From Eledone cirrhosa (Eukaryota): 64,000 nucleotides of DNA. The notes beneath the pieces were generated by a model, which did not search any database, was not told the origin of the DNA, and saw only the letters and a program-made list of their open reading frames with translations. The number at the start of each line of letters is the position of its first letter. The first letter of the stretch is position 1. This document shows positions 12,800-27,200 of this stretch, piece by piece. The stretch spans positions 14,250-78,249 of the forward strand of contig CAXHJY010001538.1 in the NCBI GenBank assembly GCA_964016885.1, given 5' to 3'. Made by a program: the position numbers and the translations under genes.

Positions 12800-15700
12800 T
12801 GAATTTTAGGAATTTTAGGAATTTTAGGAATTTTAGAAATTTTTGGAATATTAGGATTTATGAATTTTAGGAATTTTGAGGAATTTTTTTGAATTTTCGG
12901 AATTTTATGTATTTTTAGGAATTTTAGGAATTTTAGGAATTTTAGGAATTTTAGGAATTTTTGGAATTTTAGGAATTTTATGAATTTTAAGAATTTTAGG
13001 AATTTCGAGGAATTTTTTTGAATTTTCGGAATTTTATGTATTTTTAGGAATTTTAGGAATTTTAGGAATTTTAGGAATTTTAGGAATTTTATGAATTTTA
13101 GGAATTTTATGAATTTTAGGAATTTTAGGAATTTTAGGAATTTTAGGAATTTTAGTAATTTTAGGAATTTTAAGAATTTTAGGAATTTTAGGAATTTTTT
13201 GGAATTTTCGGAATTTTATGAATTTTTAGGAATTTTAGGAATTTTAGGAATGTTATGAATTTTATGAATTTTAGGAATTTTATGAAATTTATGAATTTTA
13301 TGAATTTTAGAAATGTTATGAATTTTAGGAATTTTAGGAATTTTAGGAATTTTAGGAATTCTAAGAATTTTAGGAATTTTAGGAATTATTTTGAATTTTT
13401 GGAATTTTATGAATTTTTATGAATTTTATGAATTTTATGAATTTTATGAATTTTTGGAATTTTAGGAATTTTATGAATCTTAGGAATTTTATGAACTTTG
13501 TGAATTTTAGGAATTTTAATTTTATGAATTTTTGGAATTTGAGGAATTTTAGGAATTTTATGAATTTTAGGAATTTTACGAATTTTAGGAATTTTAGGAA
13601 TTTTAAGAATTTTAGGAATTTCGAGGAATTTTTTTGAATTTTCGGAATTTTATGTATTTTTAGGAATTTTAGGAATTTTAGGAATTTTAGGAATTTTAGG
13701 AATTTTAGGAATTTTAGGAATTTTATGAATTTTAGGAATTTTAGGAATTTTAGGAATTTTAGGAATTTTAGTAATTTTAGGAATTTTAAGAATTTTAGGA
13801 ATTTTAGGAATTTTTTGGAATTTTCGGAATTTTATGAATTTTTAGGAATTTTATGAATTTTAGGAATGTTATGAATTTTATGAATTTTTGGAATTTTAGG
13901 AATTTTATGAATTTTAGGAATTTTTGGAATTTTATGAAATTTATGAATTTTATGAATTTTAGAAATGTTATGAATTTTAGGAATTTTAGGAATTTTAGGA
14001 ATTTTAGGAATTTTAAGAATTTTAGGAATTTTAGGAATTATTTTGAATTTTTGGAATTTTATGAATTTTTATGAATTTTATGAATTTTATGAATTTTATG
14101 AATTTTTGGAATTTTAGGAATTTTAGGAATCTTAGGAATTTTATGAACTTTGTGAATTTTAGGAATTTTAATTTTATGAATTTTTGGAATTTGAGGAATT
14201 TTAGGAATTTTATGAATTTTAGGAATTTTACGAATTTTAGGAATTTTAGGAATTTTATAAATTTTATGAATTTTAGGAATTTTATGAATTATATAAATTT
14301 TAGGAATTTTAGGAATTTTATGAATTTTATGAAATTTAAGAATCTTAGGAATTTTTTGAATTTTTTGAATTTTAGGAATTTTAAGAATTTTTCCGAATTT
14401 TCGTAATTTTATGAATTTTTAGGAATTTTATGAATTTTATGAATTTTATGAAATTTAAAATTTTAGTAATTTTAGGAATTTAAGGAATTTTTTGAATTTT
14501 AGGAATTTTAGGAATTTTAGGGATTTCTATGAATTTTAGGAATTTTAGGAATTTTAGGAATTTTTAGAAATTTTAGGAATTTTAGGAATTTTCGGAATTT
14601 TATGAATTTTTATGAATTTTATGAATTTTAGTAATTTTATGAATTTTAGTAATTTTATGAATTTTAGGATTTTTATGAATTTTTTGAATTTTAGGAATTT
14701 TTGGAATTTTAGGAATTTTAGGAATTTTTGGAATTTTATGAATTTTATGAATTTTTGGAATTTTAGGAATTTTAGGAATATTAGGAATTTTATGAACTTT
14801 TTGAATTTTAGGAATTTTAATTTTATGAATATTTGGAATTTGAGGAATTTTAGGGATTTTATGAATTTTAGGAATTTTACGAATTTTGGAATTTTAGGAA
14901 TTTTAGGAATTTTAGGAATTTTACGAATTTTGTAATTTTATGAATTTTATGAATTTTAGGAATTTTATGAATTTTATGAATTTTATGAATTTTATGAATT
15001 TTATGAATTTTAGGAATTTTAATAATTTTAGGAATTTTAGGAATTTTTTGAATTTTGGGAATTTTAGGAATTTTAGGAATGTTATGAATTTTATGAATTT
15101 TAGGAATTTTAGGAATTTTAGGATTTTTATGAATTTTATGAATTTTATGAATTTCATGAATTTTATGAATTTTTGAAGTTTTAGGAATTTTAGGAATTTT
15201 AGGAATTTAGGAATTTTAGGAATTTTAGGAATTTAGGAATTTTAGAAATTTTTGGAATATTAGGATTTATGAATTTTAAGAATTTTAGGAATTTTTTGGA
15301 ATTTTCGGAATTTTAGGAATTTTTAGAAATTTTAGGTATTTTAGGAATTTTATGAATGTTATGAATTTTAGGAATTTTGGGAATTTTATGAATTTTATGA
15401 ATTTTAGAAATGTTATGAATTTTAGGAATTTTAGGAATTTTAGGAATTTTAAGAATTTTAGGAATTTTAGGAATTTTAGGATTTTTATGAATTTTTGGAA
15501 TTTTAGGAATTTTAGGAATTTTGCGAATTTTAGGAATTTTAGGAATTTTAGGAATTTTAGGAATTTTAGGAATTTTAGGATTTTTATGAATTTTTGGAAT
15601 TTTAGGAATTTTAGGAATTTTAGGAATTTTAGGAATTTTAGGAATTTTATGAATTTTAGTAATTTTAGTAATTTTAGGAATTTTAGGAATTTTAGAAATT

Positions 15701-18700
15701 TTTGGAATATTAGGATTTATGAATTTTAAGAATTTTAGGAATTTTGAGGAATTTTTTTGAATTTTCGGAATTTTATGTATTTTTAGGAATTTTAGGAATT
15801 TTAGGAATTTTAGGAATTTTAGAAATTTTAGGAATTTTAGGAATTTTATGAATTTTAGTAATTTTAGTAATTTTAGGAATTTTAGGAATTTTAGAAATTT
15901 TTGGAATATTAGGATTTATGAATTTTAAGAATTTTAGGAATTTTGAGGAATTTTTTTGAATTTTCGGAATTTTATGTATTTTTAGGAATTTTAGGAATTT
16001 TAGGAATTTTAGGAATTTTAGGAATTTTTGGAATTTTAGGAATTTTATGAATTTTAAGAATTTTAGGAATTTCGAGGAATTTTTTTGAATTTTCGGAATT
16101 TTATGTATTTTTAGGAATTTTAGGAATTTTAGGAATTTTAGGAATTTTAGGAATTTTTGGAATTTTAGGAATTTTATGAATTTTAAGAATTTTAGGAATT
16201 TCGAGGAATTTTTTTGAATTTTCGGAATTTTATGTATTTTTAGGAATTTTAGGAATTTTATGAATTTTATGAATTTTATGAATTTTATGAATTTTAGTAA
16301 TTTTAGGAATTTCGAGGAATTTTTTTGAATTTTCGGAATTTTATGTATTTTTAGGAATTTTAGGAATTTTATGAATTTTATGAATTTTAGGAATTTTATG
16401 AATTTTAGTAATTTTAGGAATTTTAAGAATTTTAGGAACTTTAGGAATTTTAGGATTTTTATGAATTTTTAGAATTTTAGGAATTTTAGGAATTTTAGGA
16501 ATTTTAGGAATTTTAGGAATTTTATGAATTTTAGTAATTTTAGGAATTTGAGGAATTTTAGAAATTTTTGGAATATTAGGATTTATGAATTTTAAGAATT
16601 TTAGGAATTTTGAGGAATTTTTTTTAATTTTCGGAATTTTATGTATTTTTAGGAATTTTAGGAATTTTAGAATTTTAGGAATTTTAGGAATTTTATGAAT
16701 TTTAGTAATTTTAGGAATTTTAAGAATTTTAGGAATTTTAGGAATTTTAGGAATTTTATGAATTTTAGTAATTTTAGGAATTTTAAGAATTTTAGGAATT
16801 TTAGGAATTTTAGGATTTTTATGAATTTTTGGAATTTTAGGAATTTTAGGAATTTTAGGAATTTTAGGAATTTTAGAAATTTTATGAATTTTAGTAATTT
16901 TAGGAATTTTAGGAATTTTAGGAATTTTAGAAATTTTTGGAATATTAGGATTTATGAATTTTAAGAATTTTAGGAATTTTGAGGAATTTTTTTGAATTTT
17001 CGGAATTTTATGTATTTTTAGGAATTTTAGGAATTTTAGGAATTTTAGGAATTTTAGGAATTTTTGGAATTTTAGGAATTTTAGGAATTTTAGGAATTTT
17101 AGGATATTTATGAATTTTTGGAATTTTAGGAATTTTAGGAATTTTAGGAATTTTAGGAATTTTAGGAATTTTATGAATTTTAGTAATTTTAGGAATTTTA
17201 GGAATTTTAGGAATTTTAGGAATTTTTAGAATTTTAGGAATTTTAGGAATTTTATGAATTTTAGGAATTTTAGGAATTTTAGGAATTTTAGGAATTTTAG
17301 AAATTTTTGGAATATTAGGATTTATGAATTTTAAGAATTTTAGAAATTTTTTGGAATTTTCGGACTTTTAGGAATTTTTAGAAATTTTAGGTATTTTTCG
17401 GAATTTTATGAATTTTAGGAATTTTGAGGAATTTTTTTGAATTTTCGGAATTTTATGTATTTTTAGGAATTTTAGGAATTTTAGGAATTTTAGGAATTTT
17501 AGGAATTTTTGGAATTTTAGGAATTTTAGGAATTTTATGAATGTTATGAATTTTAGGAATTTTGGGAATTTTATGAATTTTATGAATTTTAGAAATGTTA
17601 TGAATTTTAGGAATTTTAGGAATTTTAGGAATTTTAGGAATTTTAGGAATTTTAGAAATTTTTGGAATATTAGGATTTATGAATTTTAAGAATTTTAGGA
17701 ATTTTGAGGAATTTTTTTGAATTTTCGGAATTTTATGTATTTTTAGGAATTTTAGGAATTTTAGGAATTTTAGGAATTTTAGGAATTTTTGGAATTTTAT
17801 GAATTTTATGAATTTTAAGAATTTTAGGAATTTCGAGGAATTTTTTTGAATTTTCGGAATTTTATGTATTTTTAGGAATTTTAGGAATTTTAGGAATTTT
17901 AGGAATTTTTGGAATTTTTGGAATTTTAGGAATTTTATGAATTTTAAGAATTTTAGGAATTTCGAGGAATTTTTTTGAATTTTCGGAATTTTATGTATTT
18001 TTAGGAATTTTAGGAATTTTATGAATTTTATGAATTTTAGGAATTTTATGAATTTTAGTAATTTTAGGAATTTTAAGAATTTTAGGAATTTTAGGAATTT
18101 TAGGATTTTTATGAATTTTTGGAATTTTGGAATTTTAGGAATTTTAGGATTTTTATGAATTTTTGGAATTTTAGGAATTTTAGGAATTTTAGGAATCTTA
18201 GGAATTTTAGGAATTTTAGGAATTTTAGTAATTTTAGGAATTTTGAGGAATTTTTTTGAATTTTCGGAATTTTATGTATTTTTAGGAATTTTAGGAATTT
18301 TAGGAATTTTAGGAATTTTAGAAATTTTTGGAATATTAGGATTTATGAATTTTAAGAATTTTAGGAATTTTTTGGAATTTTCGGAATTTTCGGAATTTTT
18401 AGAAATTTTAGGTATTTTAGGAATTTTATGTATGTTATGAATTTTAGGAATTTTGGGAATTTTATGAATTTTATGAATTTTAGATATGTTATGAATTTTA
18501 GGAATTTTAGGAATTTTAGGAATTTTAAGAATTTTAGGAATTTTAGGAATTTTAGGATTTTTATGAATTTTTGGAATTTTAGGAATTTTAGGAATTTTGC
18601 GAATTTTAGGAATTTTAGGAATTTTAGGAATTTTAGGAATTTTAGGAATTTTAGGAATTTTAGGAATTTTAGGAATTTTAGGAATTTTAGGAATTTTTGG

Positions 18701-21700
18701 AATTTTAGGAATTTTAGGAATTTTAGGAATTTTAGGAATTTTAGGAATTTTATGAATTTTAGTAATTTTAGGAATTTTAGGAATTTTAGGAATTTTAGAA
18801 ATTTTTGGAATATTAGGATTTATGAATTTTAAGAATTTTAGGAATTTTGAGGAATTTTATTGAATTTTCGGAATTTTATGTATTTTTAGGAATTTTAGGA
18901 ATTTTAGGAATTTTAGGAATTTTAGAAATTTTAGGAATTTTAGGAATTTTATGAATTTTAGTAATTTTAGGAATATTAGGATTTATGAATTTTAAGAATT
19001 TTAGGAATTTTGAGGAATTTTTTTGAATTTTCGGAATTTTATGTATTATTAGGAATTTTAGGAATTTTAGGAATTTTAGGAATTTTAGGAATTTTTGGAA
19101 TTTTATGAATTTTATGAATTTTAAGAATTTTAGGAATTTCGAGGAATTTTTTTGAATTTTCGGAATTTTATGTATTTTTAGGAATTTTAGGAATTTTAGG
19201 AATTTTAGGAATTTTAGGAATTTTTGGAATTTTAGGAATTTTATGAATTTTAAGAATTTTAGGAATTTCGAGGAATTTTTTTGAATTTTCGGAATTTTAT
19301 GTATTTTTAGGAATTTTAGGAATTTTATGAATTTTATGAATTTTAGGAATTTTATGAATTTTAGTAATTTTAGGAATTTTAAGAATTTTAGGAACTTTAG
19401 GAATTTTAGGATTTTTATGAATTTTTGGAATTTTAGGAATTTTAGGAATTTTAGGAATTTTATGAATTTTAGTAATTTTAGGAATTTGAGGAATTTTAGA
19501 AATTTTTGGAATATTAGGATTTATGAATTTTAAGAATTTTAGGAATTTTGAGGAATTTATTTTAATTTTCGGAATTTTATGTATTTTTAGGAATTTTAGG
19601 AATTTTAGAATTTTAGGAATTTTAGGAATTTTATGAATTTTAGTAATTTTAGGAATTTTAAGAATTTTCGGAATTTTATGTATTTTTAGGAATTTTAGGA
19701 ATTTTAGGAATTTTAGGAATTTTAGGAATTTTTGGAATTTTAGGAATTTTAGGAATTTTATGAATGTTATGAATTTTAGGAATTCTGGGAATTTTATGAA
19801 TTTTATGAATTTTAGAAATGTTATGAATTTTAGGAATTTTAGGAATTTTAGGAATTTTAGGAATTTTAGGAATTTTAGAAATTTTTGGAATATTAGGATT
19901 TATGAATTTTAAGAATTTTAGGAATTTTGAGGAATTTTTTTGAATTTTCGGAATTTTATGTATTTTTAGGAATTTTAGGAATTTTAGGAATTTTAGGAAT
20001 TTTAGGAATTTTTGGAATTTTATGAATTTTATGAATTTTAAGAATTTTAGGAATTTCGAGGAATTTTTTTGAATTTTCGGAATTTTATGTATTTTTAGGA
20101 ATTTTAGGAATTTTAGGAATTTTAGGAATTTTTGGAATTTTTGGAATTTTAGGAATTTTATGAATTTTAAGAATTTTAGGAATTTCGAGGAATTTTTTTG
20201 AATTTTCGGAATTTTATGTATTTTTAGGAATTTTATGAATTTTATGAATTTTATGAATTTTAGGAATTTTATGAATTTTAGTAATTTTAGGAATTTTAAG
20301 AATTTTAGGAATTTTAGGAATTTTAGGATTTTTATTAATTTTTGGAATTTTGGAATTTTAGGAATTTTAGGATTTTTATGAATTTTTGGAATTTTAGGAA
20401 TTTTAGGAATTTTAGGAATCTTAGGAATTTTAGGAATTTTAGGAATTTTAGTAATTTTAGGAATTTTGAGGAATTTTTTTGAATTTTCGGAATTTTATGT
20501 ATTTTTAGGAATTTTAGGAATTTTAGGAATTTTAGGAATTTTAGAAATTTTTGGAATATTAGGATTTATGAATTTTAAGAATTTTAGGAATTTTTTGGAA
20601 TTTTCGGAATTTTCGGAATTTTTAGAAATTTTAGGTATTTTAGGAATTTTATGTATGTTATGAATTTTAGGAATTTTGGGAATTTTATGAATTTTATGAA
20701 TTTTAGATATGTTATGAATTTTAGGAATTTTAGGAATTTTAGGAATTTTAAGAATTTTAGGAATTTTAGGAATTTTAGGATTTTTATGAATTTTTGGAAT
20801 TTTAGGAATTTTAGGAATTTTGCGAATTTTAGGAATTTTAGGAATTTTAGGAATTTTAGGAATTTTAGGAATTTTAGGATTTTTATGAATTTTTGGAATT
20901 TTAGGAATTTTAGGAATTTTAGGAATTTTAGGAATTTTAGGAATTTTATGAATTTTAGTAATTTTAGTAATTTTAGGAATTTTAGGAATTTTAGAAATTT
21001 TTGGAATATTAGGATTTATGAATTTTAAGAATTTTAGGAATTTTGAGGAATTTTTTTGAATTTTCGGAATTTTATGTATTTTTAGGAATTTTAGGAATTT
21101 TAGGAATTTTAGGAATTTTAGAAATTTTAGGAATTTTAGGAATTTTATGAATTTTAGTAATTTTAGTAATTTTAGGAATTTTAGGAATTTTAGAAATTTT
21201 TGGAATATTAGGATTTATGAATTTTAAGAATTTTAGGAATTTTGAGGAATTTTTTTGAATTTTCGGAATTTTATGTATTTTTAGGAATTTTAGGAATTTT
21301 AGGAATTTTAGGAATTTTAGGAATTTTTGGAATTTTAGGAATTTTATGAATTTTAAGAATTTTAGGAATTTCGAGGAATTTTTTTGAATTTTCGGAATTT
21401 TATGTATTTTTAGGAATTTTAGGAATTTTAGGAATTTTAGGAATTTTAGGAATTTTAGGAATTTTTGGAATTTTAGGAATTTTATGAATTTTAAGAATTT
21501 TAGGAATTTCGAGGAATTTTTTTGAATTTTCGGAATTTTATGTATTTTTAGGAATTTTAGGAATTTTATGAATTTTATGAATTTTATGAATTTTATGAAT
21601 TTTAGTAATTTTAGGAATTTCGAGGAATTTTTTTGAATTTTCGGAATTTTATGTATTTTTAGGAATTTTAGGAATTTTATGAATTTTATGAATTTTAGGA

Positions 21701-24299
21701 ATTTTATGAATTTTAGTAATTTTAGGAATTTTAAGAATTTTAGGAACTTTAGGAATTTTAGGATTTTTATGAATTTTTAGAATTTTAGGAATTTTAGGAA
21801 TTTTAGGAATTTTAGGAATTTTAGGAATTTTATGAATTTTAGTAATTTTAGGAATTTGAGGAATTTTAGAAATTTTTGGAATATTAGGATTTATGAATTT
21901 TAAGAATTTTAGGAATTTTGAGGAATTTTTTTTAATTTTCGGAATTTTATGTATTTTTAGGAATTTTAGGAATTTTAGAATTTTAGGAATTTTAGGAATT
22001 TTATGAATTTTAGTAATTTTAGGAATTTTAAGAATTTTAGGAATTTTAGGAATTTTAGGAATTTTATGAATTTTAGTAATTTTAGGAATTTTAAGAATTT
22101 TAGGAATTTTAGGAATTTTAGGATTTTTATGAATTTTTGGAATTTTAGGAATTTTAGGAATTTTAGGAATTTTAGGAATTTTAGAAATTTTATGAATTTT
22201 AGTAATTTTAGGAATTTTAGGAATTTTAGGAATTTTAGAAATTTTTGGAATATTAGGATTTATGAATTTTAAGAATTTTAGGAATTTTGAGGAATTTTTT
22301 TGAATTTTCGGAATTTTATGTATTTTTAGGAATTTTAGGAATTTTAGGAATTTTAGGAATTTTAGGAATTTTTGGAATTTTAGGAATTTTAGGAATTTTA
22401 GGAATTTTAGGATATTTATGAATTTTTGGAATTTTAGGAATTTTAGGAATTTTAGGAATTTTAGGAATTTTAGGAATTTTATGAATTTTAGTAATTTTAG
22501 GAATTTTAGGAATTTTAGGAATTTTAGGAATTTTTAGAATTTTAGGAATTTTAGGAATTTTATGAATTTTAGGAATTTTAGGAATTTTAGGAATTTTAGG
22601 AATTTTAGAAATTTTTGGAATATTAGGATTTATGAATTTTAAGAATTTTAGAAATTTTTTGGAATTTTCGGACTTTTAGGAATTTTTAGAAATTTTAGGT
22701 ATTTTTCGGAATTTTATGAATTTTAGGAATTTTGAGGAATTTTTTTGAATTTTCGGAATTTTATGTATTTTTAGGAATTTTAGGAATTTTAGGAATTTTA
22801 GGAATTTTAGGAATTTTTGGAATTTTAGGAATTTTAGGAATTTTATGAATGTTATGAATTTTAGGAATTTTGGGAATTTTATGAATTTTATGAATTTTAG
22901 AAATGTTATGAATTTTAGGAATTTTAGGAATTTTAGGAATTTTAGGAATTTTAGGAATTTTAGAAATTTTTGGAATATTAGGATTTATGAATTTTAAGAA
23001 TTTTAGGAATTTTGAGGAATTTTTTTGAATTTTCGGAATTTTATGTATTTTTAGGAATTTTAGGAATTTTAGGAATTTTAGGAATTTTAGGAATTTTTGG
23101 AATTTTATGAATTTTATGAATTTTAAGAATTTTAGGAATTTCGAGGAATTTTTTTGAATTTTCGGAATTTTATGTATTTTTAGGAATTTTAGGAATTTTA
23201 GGAATTTTAGGAATTTTTGGAATTTTTGGAATTTTAGGAATTTTATGAATTTTAAGAATTTTAGGAATTTCGAGGAATTTTTTTGAATTTTCGGAATTTT
23301 ATGTATTTTTAGGAATTTTAGGAATTTTATGAATTTTATGAATTTTAGGAATTTTATGAATTTTAGTAATTTTAGGAATTTTAAGAATTTTAGGAATTTT
23401 AGGAATTTTAGGATTTTTATGAATTTTTGGAATTTTGGAATTTTAGGAATTTTAGGATTTTTATGAATTTTTGGAATTTTAGGAATTTTAGGAATTTTAG
23501 GAATCTTAGGAATTTTAGGAATTTTAGGAATTTTAGTAATTTTAGGAATTTTGAGGAATTTTTTTGAATTTTCGGAATTTTATGTATTTTTAGGAATTTT
23601 AGGAATTTTAGGAATTTTAGGAATTTTAGAAATTTTTGGAATATTAGGATTTATGAATTTTAAGAATTTTAGGAATTTTTTGGAATTTTCGGAATTTTCG
23701 GAATTTTTAGAAATTTTAGGTATTTTAGGAATTTTATGTATGTTATGAATTTTAGGAATTTTGGGAATTTTATGAATTTTATGAATTTTAGGTATGTTAT
23801 GAATTTTAGGAATTTTAGGAATTTTAGGAATTTTAAGAATTTTAGGAATTTTAGGAATTTTAGGATTTTTATGAATTTTTGGAATTTTAGGAATTTTAGG
23901 AATTTTGCGAATTTTAGGAATTTTAGGAATTTTAGGAATTTTAGGAATTTTAGGAATTTTAGGAATTTTAGGAATTTTAGGAATTTTAGGAATTTTAGGA
24001 ATTTTTGGAATTTTAGGAATTTTAGGAATTTTAGGAATTTTAGGAATTTTAGGAATTTTATGAATTTTAGTAATTTTAGGAATTTTAGGAATTTTAGGAA
24101 TTTTAGAAATTTTTGGAATATTAGGATTTATGAATTTTAAGAATTTTAGGAATTTTGAGGAATTTTATTGAATTTTCGGAATTTTATGTATTTTTAGGAA
24201 TTTTAGGAATTTTAGGAATTTTAGGAATTTTAGAAATTTTAGGAATTTTAGGAATTTTATGAATTTTAGTAATTTTAGGAATATTAGGATTTATGAATT

Positions 24300-27200
24300 T
24301 TAAGAATTTTAGGAATTTTGAGGAATTTTTTTGAATTTTCGGAATTTTATGTATTATTAGGAATTTTAGGAATTTTAGGAATTTTAGGAATTTTAGGAAT
24401 TTTTGGAATTTTATGAATTTTATGAATTTTAAGAATTTTAGGAATTTCGAGGAATTTTTTTGAATTTTCGGAATTTTATGTATTTTTAGGAATTTTAGGA
24501 ATTTTAGGAATTTTAGGAATTTTAGGAATTTTTGGAATTTTAGGAATTTTATGAATTTTAAGAATTTTAGGAATTTCGAGGAATTTTTTTGAATTTTCGG
24601 AATTTTATGTATTTTTAGGAATTTTAGGAATTTTATGAATTTTATGAATTTTAGGAATTTTATGAATTTTAGTAATTTTAGGAATTTTAAGAATTTTAGG
24701 AACTTTAGGAATTTTAGGATTTTTATGAATTTTTGGAATTTTAGGAATTTTAGGAATTTTAGGAATTTTATGAATTTTAGTAATTTTAGGAATTTGAGGA
24801 ATTTTAGAAATTTTTGGAATATTAGGATTTATGAATTTTAAGAATTTTAGGAATTTTGAGGAATTTATTTTAATTTTCGGAATTTTATGTATTTTTAGGA
24901 ATTTTAGGAATTTTAGAATTTTAGGAATTTTAGGAATTTTATGAATTTTAGTAATTTTAGGAATTTTAAGAATTTTCGGAATTTTATGTATTTTTAGGAA
25001 TTTTAGGAATTTTAGGAATTTTAGGAATTTTAGGAATTTTTGGAATTTTAGGAATTTTAGGAATTTTATGAATGTTATGAATTTTAGGAATTCTGGGAAT
25101 TTTATGAATTTTATGAATTTTAGAAATGTTATGAATTTTAGGAATTTTAGGAATTTTAGGAATTTTAGGAATTTTAGGAATTTTAGAAATTTTTGGAATA
25201 TTAGGATTTATGAATTTTAAGAATTTTAGGAATTTTGAGGAATTTTTTTGAATTTTCGGAATTTTATGTATTTTTAGGAATTTTAGGAATTTTAGGAATT
25301 TTAGGAATTTTAGGAATTTTTGGAATTTTATGAATTTTATGAATTTTAAGAATTTTAGGAATTTCGAGGAATTTTTTTGAATTTTCGGAATTTTATGTAT
25401 TTTTAGGAATTTTAGGAATTTTAGGAATTTTAGGAATTTTTGGAATTTTTGGAATTTTAGGAATTTTATGAATTTTAAGAATTTTAGGAATTTCGAGGAA
25501 TTTTTTTGAATTTTCGGAATTTTATGTATTTTTAGGAATTTTATGAATTTTATGAATTTTATGAATTTTAGGAATTTTATGAATTTTAGTAATTTTAGGA
25601 ATTTTAAGAATTTTAGGAATTTTAGGAATTTTAGGATTTTTATTAATTTTTGGAATTTTGGAATTTTAGGAATTTTAGGATTTTTATGAATTTTTGGAAT
25701 TTTAGGAATTTTAGGAATTTTAGGAATCTTAGGAATTTTAGGAATTTTAGGAATTTTAGTAATTTTAGGAATTTTGAGGAATTTTTTTGAATTTTCGGAA
25801 TTTTATGTATTTTTAGGAATTTTAGGAATTTTAGGAATTTTAGGAATTTTAGAAATTTTTGGAATATTAGGATTTATGAATTTTAAGAATTTTAGGAATT
25901 TTTTGGAATTTTCGGAATTTTCGGAATTTTTAGAAATTTTAGGTATTTTAGGAATTTTATGTATGTTATGAATTTTAGGAATTTTGGGAATTTTATGAAT
26001 TTTATGAATTTTAGATATGTTATGAATTTTAGGAATTTTAGGAATTTTAGGAATTTTAAGAATTTTAGGAATTTTAGGAATTTTAGGATTTTTATGAATT
26101 TTTGGAATTTTAGGAATTTTAGGAATTTTGCGAATTTTAGGAATTTTAGGAATTTTAGGAATTTTAGGAATTTTAGGAATTTTAGGAATTTTAGGAATTT
26201 TAGGAATTTTTGGAATTTTAGGAATTTTAGGAATTTTAGGAATTTTAGGAATTTTAGGAATTTTATGAATTTTAGTAATTTTAGGAATTTTAGGAATTTT
26301 AGGAATTTTAGAAATTTTTGGAATATTAGGATTTATGAATTTTAAGAATTTTAGGAATTTTGAGGAATTTTATTGAATTTTCGGAATTTTATGTATTTTT
26401 AGGAATTTTAGGAATTTTAGGAATTTTAGGAATTTTAGAAATTTTAGGAATTTTAGGAATTTTATGAATTTTAGTAATTTTAGGAATATTAGGATTTATG
26501 AATTTTAAGAATTTTAGGAATTTTGAGGAATTTTTTTGAATTTTCGGAATTTTATGTATTTTTAGGAATTTTAGGAATTTTAGGAATTTTAGGAATTTTA
26601 GGAATTTTTGGAATTTTAGGAATTTTATGAATTTTAAGAATTTTAGGAATTTCGAGGAATTTTTTTGAATTTTCGGAATTTTATGTATTTTTAGGAATTT
26701 TAGGAATTTTAGGAATTTTAGGAATTTTAGGAATTTTTGGAATTTTAGGAATTTTATGAATTTTAAGAATTTTAGGAATTTCGAGGAATTTTTTTGAATT
26801 TTCGGAATTTTATGTATTTTTAGGAATTTTAGGAATTTTATGAATTTTATGAATTTTAGGAATTTTATGAATTTTAGTAATTTTAGGAATTTTAAGAATT
26901 TTAGGAACTTTAGGAATTTTAGGATTTTTATGAATTTTTGGAATTTTAGGAATTTTAGGAATTTTAGGAATTTTATGAATTTTAGTAATTTTAGGAATTT
27001 GAGGAATTTTAGAAATTTTTGGAATATTAGGATTTATGAATTTTAAGAATTTTAGGAATTTTGAGGAATTTTTTTTAATTTTCGGAATTTTATGTATTTT
27101 TAGGAATTTTAGGAATTTTAGAATTTTAGGAATTTTAGGAATTTTATGAATTTTAGTAATTTTAGGAATTTTAAGAATTTTAGGAATTTTAGGAATTTTA

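Larger units (their letters stand above)
1..26166 (+). repeat. 13,367-bp higher-order tandem duplication in the 9-mer array (1-12799 matches 13368-26166)
   Basis: ORF-track landmarks recur at a constant +13,367 (52/13419, 704/14071, 1985/15352, 4876/18243, 8636/22003, 12592/25959). Rare units do the same: GCG at 12763/26130 and CGGACT at 3994/17361. The alignment breaks at 12800/26167. Confidence 0.95.
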
